NCBI RefSeq assembly: GCF_963921235.1
Contig: NC_086097.1
Coordinates: 184,514,001-184,578,000 of the forward strand
DNA length: 64,000 nucleotides
Direction: 5' to 3'
DNA from: Mobula hypostoma
Lineage: Eukaryota
The notes beneath the pieces were generated by a model, which saw nothing but the letters and a program-made list of their open reading frames with translations, made no database searches and was not told where the DNA came from. Made by a program: the position numbers and the translations under genes. Positions within the stretch are counted from its first letter, which is position 1, and each line of letters begins with the position of its first letter. This document shows, piece by piece, positions 13,881 to 24,435 of this stretch.

Positions 13881-15002
13881 TTTGACAAGGTACCCCATAC
13901 AAGGCTTATTAAAAAAAGTAAGGAGGCATAAGATCCAAAGGGACATTGCTTTGTGGATCCAGAACTGGCTTGCCCACAGAAGGCAAAGAGTAGTTGTAGA
14001 CAGGTCATATTCTGCATGGAGGTCGGGCACCAGTGGAGTGCCTCAGGGATCTGTTCTGGGACCCTTACTCCGTGATTTTTATATATGACCTGGATGAGGA
14101 AGTGGAGGGATGGGTTAGTAAGTTTGCTGATGACACAAAGGTTGGAGGTGTTGTAGATAGTGTGGAGGGCTGTCAGAGGTTACAGTGGGACATTGATAGG
14201 ATGCAAAACTGGGCTGAGAAGTGGCAGATGGAGTTCAACCCTGATATGCTGTTCAAATATGATGGCAGTATATAGTATTAATGGTAGGATTCTTGGCAAT
14301 GTGGAGAATCAGAGGGATCTTGCGATCCAAGTCCAAAAGACACTCAAAGCTGCTGGGCAGGTTGACTCTATGGTTAAGAAGGCCTTCATCAACCGTGGGT
14401 TTGAGTTTAGGAGCTGAGAGGTAACGTTGCAGCTATATAGGACCCTGGACAGACCCCAGTTCGAGTACTGTGCTCAGTTTTAGTCATCTCACTACCGGAA
14501 GGATGTGGAAACCATAGAAAGGGTGCAGAGGAGATTTTCAACGATGTTGCCTGGATTGGGGAGCATGCCTTATGAGAATCAGTTGAGTGAAAACGGCCTT
14601 TTCTCCTTGGAGCGACGGAGGATGAGAGGTGACCTGATAGAGGTGTAAACATGGTGAGAGGCATTGATTGTGTGGATAGTCAGAGGTTTTTTTTTCCCAG
14701 GACTGAGATGGCTAGCATGAGAGGGCACAGTTTTAAGGTGCTTGGAAGTGGGTACAGAGAAGATGTCCGGGGTAAGTTTTTTTTTCCACAGAGAGTGGTG
14801 AGTGCATGGAATAGGCTGCCGGTGATGGTGGTGGAGGTGGATACAATAGGGTCTTTTAATAGACTCCTGGACACGTACATGGAGCTTCCAAATATAGAGG
14901 ACTATGGGTAACCCTAGGTAATTTCTAAGGTAAGGACATGTTTGGCACAGCTTTGTGGGCCGAAGGGTCTGTATTGTGCTGTAGGTTTTTTTTATGTGTC
15001 TA
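13881..15002 (+). mobile_element. CR1 LINE, 5'-truncated, inserted in the Rex1 endonuclease region
   Basis: GVPQGSVLGP and KFADDTK motifs; 3' end as in 1-978. Confidence 0.92.
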
Positions 15003-16717
15003 ACATACACGAAACAGCACACCCTAACACACTCGCCATTATTTTAAGGGATTTTAACCAGGTCAGTCTAAAAAAAATTCACTAAACAATTACTATCAAC
15101 AGATCACTTGCAATCCAGAGGAGACAACACACTGGACCACTGTTACAACACCATCAATAATGCCTACTGTGCTATTCCATGCCCTCACTTTGGGAAGTCT
15201 GATCACCTGACTGTACCTCTACTCCGAGTATAGGCAGAGACTGAAAACCGCAGGACCAGTAGTGTGGACTGAGAAGGTTTGTACAAAGGAAGCACAAGAG
15301 CACTTACAGGACTGCTTTGATTCGGTGGTCTGGACCATATTCAGAGATTCATCTTTGAACCTGGATGAATATGCTGCAGTTGTTAGCGATTTTATTAAAA
15401 CCTGTGTGGTTGAGTGTGTACCTATAAGGACTTGTTGTACATTCCCAAACCGAAATCCATAGATGAACTAGGAGGTATATCATCTGTTGCAGGTTAGATC
15501 TGTGGCATTCAAGTCTGGCGACCCACGTCTGCACCAAATAACTGGTATGACTTGCGGAAGGCTATTTCAAGGGCGAAGAGATAATTTCGAACAGCATATA
15601 ATGTATGACAACTCTGACAGGGTTTGCAAGACATTACTTCCTACAGAACAAAATCCAATAGCATGAATGGTCATGATGCTTCACGACCAGATGAACTCAA
15701 TGCCTTCTATGACCACTTTGAAAGAGAGAACTCAACTACAACTCTGAAAATCCCTGCTGCACCTGATGACTTTGTGATCTCTGTCTCAAAGGCCAACATA
15801 AGGCTGTCTTTAAAGACGGTGAACCCTCGCAAGGCAGAAGGCCCCAATGGAGTACCTGGTAAGGCTCTGAAAACTTATGCCAACCATCTGGCAGGCATTT
15901 TCCAGGACATTTTGAAACTCTCACTGCTACGGGTGGAAGTTCCCACTTGCTTCAAAAAGGCAACAATTATACCAGTGCCTAAGAAGAAGAATAATGTGAG
16001 CTGCCTTAATGTAGCACCCAGTAGTACTCACATCTACAGTGATGAAATACTTTGAGAGGTTGGTCATGACTAGGCTGAATTCCTGCCTCAGAAAGGACCT
16101 AGACCCATTGCAATTTGCCTGTTGCATCAACAGGTCAATGGCAGACACAATCTCAATGACTCTTCATGTGGCCTTGGACCACCTGGACAACACAAACACC
16201 TATGTCAGGATGCTCTTTATCAACTATAACTCAGTACTTAACACCATCATTCCCACAATCCTGATTGATAAGTTACAGAACCTGGGCCTCTGTACCTCCC
16301 TCTGCAATTGGAACCTCGATTTCCTAACTGGAAGACCACAATCTGTGTGGATTGGTGATAATATCTCCTCCTCACCAATGATCAACACTGGTGTACCTCA
16401 GGAGTGTGTGCTTAGCGCACTGCTCTACTCTCTCTATACTCATGACTGTGTGGCTAGGCATAACTCAAATACCATCTATAAATTTGCTGATGATACAACC
16501 ATTATTGGTAGAATCCCAGATGGAGACAAGAGGGTGTACAGGAGTGAGACATACTGACTAGTGGAGTGCTGTCGCAGCAACAACCTGGCACTCAATGTCA
16601 GTAAGATGAAAGAGCTGATTGTGGACTTCAGGAAAGGTAAGATAAAGAAACACATACCAATCTTCATAGAGGGCTCAGAAGTGGAGAGAGTGAGCAGCTT
16701 CAAGTTCCTGGGTATCA

Positions 16718-19260
16718 CAAACAGCTGCAGGGATGTGGACTACAAATTACAACTGGAAATAGAAAAGGCTTGTCAGAAGGGCAGTGTTATGATAATTGTG
16801 GGGGATTTTAACATGCGAGTGGATTCGGAAAATCAGGTTGGCACTGGATCTCAAGAGAGAGAATTTGTAGAACGTCTGCGAGATGGCTTTTTAGAACAGC
16901 TTGTTGTTGAGCCCACTAGGGGATCGGCTGTACTGGATTGGGTATTGTGTAATGAACCGGAGGTGATTGGAGAGATTGAGGTGAAGGAACCCTTAGGAGC
17001 TGGTGATCATAACATGATTGAGTTCACTGTGAAATTTGAAAAAGAGAAGCCGAAATCTGATGTGTCGGTGTTTCAGTGGAGTAAAGGAAATTACAGTGGC
17101 ATGAGAGAGGAACTGGCCAAAGTTGACTGGAAAGAGACACTGGCGGGAAAGACAGCACAGCAGCAGTGGCTGGAGTTTATGCGAGAAATGAGGAAGGTGC
17201 AAGACAGGTATATTCCAAAAACGAAGAAATTTTCGAATGGGAAAAGGATGCAACCGTGGCTGACAAGAGAAGTCAAAGCCAAAGTTAAAGCAAAGGAGAT
17301 GGCACACAAGGAAGCAAAAATTAGTGGGAAGACAGAGGATTGGGAAGTTTTAAAACCTTACAAAAGGAAACTAAGAAGGTCATTAAGAGGGAAAAGATTA
17401 ACTATGAAAGGAAGCTAGCAAATAATATCAAGGAGGATACTAAAAGCTTTTTCAAGGATATAAAGAGTAAAAGACAGGTGAGAGTAGATATAGGACTGAT
17501 AGAAAATGATGCTGGAGAAATTGTAATGGGAGATAAGGAGATGGCAGAGGAACTGAACGAGTATTTTGCATCAGTCTTCACTGAGGAAGACAGCAGTATA
17601 CCAGACACTCAAGGGTGGCAGGAAAGAGAAATGTGTGCAGTCACAATTACGACAGAGAAAGTACTCAGGAAGCTGAATAGTCTAAAGGCAGATAAATCTC
17701 CCGGACAAGATGGAATGTACCCTCATGTTCTGAAGGAAGTAGCTATGGAGATTGCGGAGGCATTAGCGATGATCTTTCAAAAGTCAATAGATTCTGGCAT
17801 GGTTCCGGAGGACGGGAAGTTTGCAAATGTCACTCCGCTATTTAAGAAGGGGGCAAGGAAGCAAAAAGGAAATTATAGACCTGTTAGCTTGACATCGGTG
17901 GTTGGGAAGTTGTTGGAGTCGATTGTCAAGGATGAGGTTACAGAGTACCTGGAGGCATATGACAAGATAGCAGAACTCAGCATGGATTCCTTAAAGGAAA
18001 ATCCTGCCTGACAAACCTATTACAATTTTTTGAGGAAATTACAAGTGGGCTAGACAAGGGAGATGCAGTGGATGTTGTATATTTGGATTTTCAGAAGGCC
18101 TTTGACAAGGTGCCGCACATGAGGCTACTTAACAAGATAAGAGCCCATGGAATTACAGGAAAGTTACATGCGTGGATAGTGTTGTCTGATTGGCAGGAAA
18201 CAGTGGGAATAAAGGGATCCTATTCTGGTTAGCTGCCGGTTACCAGTGGTGTTCCACAGGGGTCCGTGTTGGGGCCACTTCTTTTTACCTTGTACATCAA
18301 CAATTTGGATTATGGAATAGATGGCTTTGTGGCTAAGTTTGCTGACGATACAAAGATAGGTGGAGGGGCCGATAGTGCTGAGGAAACAGGGTCAGCAGAG
18401 AGACTTGGATAGATTGGAAGAATGGGCAGAGAAGTGGCAGATGATATACAATGTTGGAAAGTGTATGGTTATGCACTTTGGCAGAAAAAAAACAGGAAGA
18501 CTATTATTTAAATGAGGAGAGAATTCAAAGTTCTGAGATGCAATGGGACTTGGGAGTCCTCGTACAGGATACCCTTAAGTTTCACCTCTAGGTTGAGTCC
18601 GTGGTGAAGAAAGCAAATACAATGTTGGCATTCATTTCTGGAGGAATAGAGTATAGGGGCAGGGATGTGATGGAGACTCTATAAGGCACTGTTGAGACCT
18701 CACTTAGAGTACTGTGGGCAGTTTTGGTCTCCTCATTTAAGAAAGGATGTGCTGACATTGGAGAAGGTACAGAGAAGATTCAGTAGAATGATTCTGGGAA
18801 TGAGAGGGTTATCATATGAGGAATGTTTGTCCACTCTTGGACTGTATTCCTTGGAGTTTAGAAGAATGAGGGGAGACCTCATAGAAACATTTCAAATGTT
18901 GAAAGGCATGGACAGAGTGGATGTGGCAAAGTTGTTTCCCATGATGGGGGTCTAGTACGAGAGGGCATGACTTAAGGATTGAAGGGCGCCCATTCAGAAC
19001 AGAAATGCAAAGAAATTTTTTTAACCAGAGGGTGGTGAATCTATGGAATTTGTTGACATGGGCGGCAATGAAGGCCAAGTCATTGGGTGTATTTAAGGCA
19101 GAGATTGATAGGTATCTGAGTAGCCAGGGCATCAAAGGTTATGGTGAGAAGGCGGGGGAGTGGGACTAAATGGGAGAATGGATCAGCTCATGGTAAAATG
19201 GCGGAGCAGACTCGATGGGCCGAATGGCCGATTTCTGCTCCTTTGTCTTATGGTCTTATG
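16718..19260 (+). mobile_element. CR1 LINE, 5'-truncated (endonuclease C-half, RT, 3' UTR), inserted in the Rex1 RT
   Basis: GDFN..LDWVL..DHNMI, KSPGQDG, NYRPVSLTS, RPHLEYC motifs; tail TCTTATGGTCTTATG. Confidence 0.93.
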
Positions 19261-22200
19261 GACTTAACCTGGTCCCAACATATTCATGCAGCTATAAAGA
19301 AGATAAGACAGTGACTATGCTTTGTTTGGAGTTCGAAAAGATTTGCTATGTCAACAAAGACACTCAAAAACTGCTATAGGTGTACCGTAGAGAACATTCT
19401 GACAGTCTACATCACTGTCTGGTATGGGAGGGCTACTGCACAGGACCAAAAGAAGCTGCAGAGGGTCATAAATTTACTTGGCTCCATCTTGGGTACTAGC
19501 CTACAAAGTACCCAGGACATCTTCAAGGAGCGGTGTCTCAGAGACATAGGAACATAGAAACAGAAAATAGGTGCAGGAGTAGGCCATTCGGCCCTTCGAG
19601 CCTGCACCGCCATAAGGTATGATCATGGCTGATCATCCAACTCAGAACCCTGTACCTGCCTTCCCTCCATATCCCCTGATCCCTGTAGCCACAAGGGCCA
19701 TATCTAACTCCCTCTTAAATATAACCAATGAACTGGCCTCAACTGTTTCCTGTGGCAGAGAATTCCACAGATTCACCACTCTCTGTGTGAAGAAGTTTTT
19801 CCTCTGTCCTAAAAGGCTTCCCCTTTATCCTCAGACTGTGACCCCTCATTCCGGACTTCCCCAACATCGGGAACAATCTTCCTGCATCTAGCCTGTCTAA
19901 TCCCTTTAGGATTTTATACATTTCAATCAGATCCCCCGTCAATCTTCTAAATTCCAATGAGTATAAGCCTAGTCGATCCAGTCTTTCATCATAATGAAGT
20001 CCTGCCATCCCAGGAATCAATCTGGTGAACCTTCTTTGTACTCCCTCTATGGCAAGAATGTCTTTCCTCAGATTAGGGGACCAAAACTGCACACAATACT
20101 CCAGGTGTGGTCTCACCAAGGCCTTGTACAACTGCAGTAGTACCTCCCTGCTCCTGTACTCGAATCCTCTTGTTATGAATGCCAGTATACCATTCGCCTT
20201 TTTCACCGCCTGCTGTACCTGCATGCCCACTTTCAATGACTGGTGTATAATGACACGCAGGTCTCGATGCACCTCCCCTTTTCCTAATTGGCCACCATTC
20301 AGATAATAATCTGTTTTCCTATTTTTGCCACCAAAGTGGATAAATTCACATTTATCCACATTAAATTGCATCTGCCATGAATTTGCCCACTCACCCAACC
20401 TATCCAAGTCACCCTGCATCCTCTTAGCATCATCCTCACAGCTAACACTGCCGCCCAGCTTCGTGTCATCCGCAAACTTGGAGATGCTGCATTTAATTCT
20501 CTCATCCAAGTCATTAATATATATTGTAAACAACTGGGGTCCCAGCACTGAGCCTTGCATTACCCCACTCGTCACTGCCTGCCTTTCTGAAAAGGTCCCA
20601 TTTATTCCCACTCTTTGCTTCCCGTCTGCCAACCAATTCTCTATCCATGTCAATAGCATACCCCCAATACTGTGTGCTTTAAGTTTGCACACTAATCTCC
20701 TGATTGGGAACTTGTCAAAAGCCATTTGAAAATCCAAATATACCACATCCACTGGTTCTCCCCTATCCACTCTACTAGTTACATCCTCAAAAAGTTCTGA
20801 GATTCGTCAGACATGACATTCCTTTCACAAATCCATGCTGACTTTGTCCGATGATTTCACCGCTTTCCAAATGTGCTGTTATCATATCTTTGATAACTGA
20901 CTCTAGCAGTTTCCCCACCACCGATGTTAGGCTATCCAGTCTATAATTCCCTGGTTTCTCTCTCCCTCCTTTTTTAAAAAGCGGGGTTACATTAGCCACC
21001 CTCCAATCCTCAGGAAGTAGTCTAGAATCTAAAGAGTTTTGAAGAATTATCCCTAATGCATCTATTATTTCTTGGGCTACTTCCTTAAGCACTCTGGGAT
21101 GCAAACCATCTGGCCCTGGGGATTTATCTGCCTTTAATCCCTTCAATTTACCTAACACCACTTCCCTACTAACACGTATTTCCCTCAGTTCCTCTATCTC
21201 ACTGGACCCTCTGTCCCCTACTATTTCCAGAAGATTATTTATGTCCTCCTTAGTGAAGACAGAACCAAAGTAGTTATTCAATTGGTCTGTCATGTCCTTG
21301 TTCCCCGTAATCAATTCACCTATTTGTCTGTAAGGGACCTATATTTGTCTTAACCAATCTTTTTCTTTTCACATCTGTAAAAGCTTTTACAGTCAGTTTT
21401 TATGTTCCCTGCCAGTTTTTGCTCATAATCTTTTTTCCCTTTCCTAATTAAGCCCTTTGTCCTCCTCTGCTGGACTCTAAATTTCTCCCAGTCCTCAGGT
21501 GAGCCGCTTTTTCTGGCTAATTTGTATGTTTCTTCTTTGGAATTGATACTATCCCTAATTTCCCTTGTCAGCCACGGGTGCACTACCTTCCCTGATTTAT
21601 TCTTTTGCCAAACTAGGATAAACAATTGTTGTAGTTCATCCATGCGATTTTTAAATGCTTGCCATTGCATATCCACCGTCAACCCTTTAAGTATCATTTG
21701 CCAGTCTATCTTCACGTCTCATACCTTCAAAGTTACCCTTCTTTAAGTTCAGAACCTTTGTTTCTGAATTAACTATGTCACTCTCCATCTTAATGAAGAA
21801 GTCCACTATATTATGGTCACTCTTACCCAAGGGGCCTCTCACGACAAGATTGCTAATTAACCCTTCCTCATTGCTCAATACCCAGTCTAGAATGGCCTGC
21901 TCTCTAGTTGGTTCCTCGACATGTTGGTTCAAAAAAACCATCCTGCATGCATTCCAAGAAATTCTCTTCCTCATCACCTTTACCAATTTGGTTCACCCAA
22001 TCTATATGTAGATTGAAGTCACCCATTATAACTGCTGTTCCTCTATTGCACACATTTCTAATTTCCTGTTTAATGCCATCCCCAACCTCACTACTACTGT
22101 TAGGTAGCCTGTACACAACTCCCACCAGCGTCTTCTGCCCCTTAGTGTTATGCAGCTCTACCCATATCGATTCCACATCCTCCCAGCTAATGTCCTTCCT

Positions 22201-22661
22201 TTCTATTGTGTTAATCTCCTCCCTAACCAGCAATGCTACCCCACCTCCTTTTCTTTCATGTCTATCCCTCCTGAATATTGAATATCCCTGAATGTTGAGC
22301 TCCCATCCTTGGTCACCCTGGAGCCATGTCTCTGTGATCCCAACTATATTATATTCATTAATAACAATCTGCACTTTTAATTCATCCACCTTGTTACGAA
22401 TGCTCCTTCAATTGACACACAAAGCCTTCAGGCTCGCTTTTACAACACTCCTAGCCCTTATACGATTATATTGAAAAGTGGCCCTTTTTGGTTTTTGCCC
22501 TGGATTTGCTGGCCTGCCACTTTTACTTTTCACCTTACTACTTTTTGCTTCTACCCTCATTTTACACCCCTCTGCCTCTCTGCACTTGTTCCCATCCCCC
22601 TGTTGTGAACTAATCTCCTCTCTCCTCATCTCTTTAATTTGATTCCCACCCCCCAACCATT

Positions 22662-23597
22662 CTAGTTTGAAGTCACCACAGGAGCCCTCGCTAATCTTCC
22701 TGCCAGGATATTGGTCCCCCTAGGATTCAAGTGTAACCCGTCCTTTTTGTACAGGTCACGCCTGCGCCAAAAGAGGTCCCAATGATCCAAAAACTTGAAT
22801 CCCTGCCTCCTGCTCCAATCCCTTAGCCACGCATTTATCCTCCACCTCATTGCATTCCTACTCTCACCGTTGCGTAGCACAGGCAGTAATCCCAAAATTA
22901 CTACCTTTGCAGTCCTTTTTCTCAACCCCCTTCCTAACTCCCTATATTCTCCTTTCAGGACCTCTTCCCTTTTCCTACCTATGTCATTGGTACCTATATG
23001 TACCACGACCTCTGGCTCCTCACCCTCCAACTTCAGGATATCTTGGACGCGATCTGAAATATCCCGGACCCTGGCACCAGGGAGGCAAACTACCTTCCAG
23101 GTCTCTGGACTGCGTCCACAGAATCGCCTATCTGACCCCCTTACTATCGAGTCCCCTATCACAACTGCCCTCCTCTTCCTTGCCCTACCCTTCTGAGCTA
23201 CAGGGCCGGACTCTGTGCCAGAGGCACGGCCACTGTCGCTTCCCCCAGGTAAGCTGTCCCCGCCAACAGTACTCAAACAGGAGTACCTATTGTCAAGGGG
23301 CACAGCCACCGGGGTACTCTCTATTACCTGACACTTCCTCTTCCCCCTCCTAACCGTGACCCACTTTTCTGCCTCCCGTGGCCCCGGCGTGACCACCTGC
23401 CTGTAACTCCTCTCTATCAACTCCTCACTCTCCCTGACCAGACGAAGGTCGTCGAGCTGCAGCTCCAGTTCCCTAAAGCGGCCCCTTAGGAGCTGCATCT
23501 CGATGCACTTGGCGCAGATGTGGACATCCGGGAGACTGGGAGACTCCACGACTTCCCACATCCGGCACTGAGTACAACAAACTGCCCTCACATTCAT
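22662..23597 (-). CDS. CR1 ORF1p: zinc finger, coiled coil and SGNH/GDSL-type esterase domain (311 aa from ATG at 23597)
   Basis: CTQC..CAKC; heptads RELELQLDDLR; SGNH blocks VIGDSIVRG, CLPGA, HIGTND, DGLHLN. No stop or frameshift. Confidence 0.88.
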   Translation of the reverse strand: MNVRAVCCTQCRMWEVVESPSLPDVHICAKCIEMQLLRGRFRELELQLDDLRLVRESEELIERSYRQVVTPGPREAEKWVTVRRGKRKCQVIESTPVAVPLDNRYSCLSTVGGDSLPGGSDSGRASGTESGPVAQKGRARKRRAVVIGDSIVRGSDRRFCGRSPETWKVVCLPGARVRDISDRVQDILKLEGEEPEVVVHIGTNDIGRKREEVLKGEYRELGRGLRKRTAKVVILGLLPVLRNGESRNAMRWRINAWLRDWSRRQGFKFLDHWDLFWRRRDLYKKDGLHLNPRGTNILAGRLARAPVVTSN

Positions 23598-23759
23598 ACT
23601 GCACCTCTCCTCAAATAACAACAAAAAATGAATACCAAACCTTCCTCGCCTCGCCCGTTTCCACATAAGCCCGCTGAGCCGAAGCCCTTAAGCCTTCACT
23701 CTGCTCCCGGCTCATTCCAGAACTCACAAACTACGCTGCCCGCTGTATAAGGCTCTGTT

Positions 23760-24001
23760 CCTTTTAATTCTTCTGCGCTTTACTGCCCGACGTCATACGC
23801 CTGCGTAGTCCCGTGTCTCTGAACGCTGATGGGGGAGAAAAACCAAAAAATTCAAAAATGGCTTCCTGCACACTCCTGCTCTGATTCTCAGACTTCCATC
23901 TCCGAATTAAACACGAAGCAGGATATCGGTCCTTTTAAATCTTCTGCGCTTCACTGCCCGATGTCACACGCCTGCGCAGTCCCGCCTCTCTGAACGCCGA
24001 T
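23760..24001 (-). promoter_or_regulatory. Duplicated ~71-bp promoter-like module in the CR1 5' UTR
   Basis: Copies at 23760-23830 and 23931-24001. Minus strand of the outer copy reads GAGGCGGGAC-TGCGCAGGCG-TGTGACATCG..GATTTAAAAGG. Confidence 0.55.
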
Positions 24002-24319
24002 AGAAGGCAGCGTCCATTATTAAGGACCTCCGGCACCCAGGCCATGCCCTTTTCTCACTGTTACCATCAGGAACAGCTTCTTCCCCTCTGCCATCCAATT
24101 CCTAAATGGACACTGAACCTATGAACACTACCTTATCTTTATTAACATAGCTCTGGTTTTGCATGGTTTTTAATCTATTCAATATACATATACTGTAATT
24201 GATTTACTTGTTTACTATTTTAGTTTTTTTCTTCTATATTACGTGTTGCATTGAACTGCAGCTGCTAAGTTAACAATTTTCACAACACATGCCGGTGATA
24301 ATAAACGTGATTCTGATTC

Positions 24320-24435
24320 CAATGTAATACTGATATATCTGACTTTAGCTTTGATTTCTCAAATTTCAGAGTGAATTCGAACAGATTATGATCACTTTCC
24401 CCTAAGGGTTAGTTTACCATGAGTCTGGTTCATTG
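24320..24435 (-). mobile_element. Old CR1 (nest host), piece 3
   Basis: Continues piece 2 (TTTCACTG | CAATGTAATACTG) and encodes the PLGESDHNL endonuclease motif. Confidence 0.8.

Larger units (their letters stand above)
19543..24001 (-). mobile_element. Young, near full-length CR1 LINE (5' UTR, intact ORF1, disrupted ORF2, 3' tail)
   Basis: ORF1 22662-23597; ORF2 fragments 22408-22656, 21904-22389, 21687-21986, 21350-21715, 20787-21314, 19739-20770 (APE and RT, FADD); TTCTATGT-like tail at the left end. Confidence 0.95.
13189..24319 (+). mobile_element. Near full-length Rex1/Babar-type LINE in four pieces (13189-13880, 15003-16717, 19261-19542, 24002-24319)
   Basis: APE endonuclease (LCFMESWL; DFNQ; SDHL), RT ([26 protein letters not shown]), C-terminus (YRCTVENILT), tail AATAAAC-GTGATTCTGATTC. 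Pieces are collinear once the CR1 inserts are removed. Confidence 0.88.

Noticed and set aside
23598..23666. N-terminal extension of the 334-aa ORF call
   Set aside because: Starts at a non-ATG codon in the 5' UTR; the ATG at 23597 directly precedes the zinc finger.
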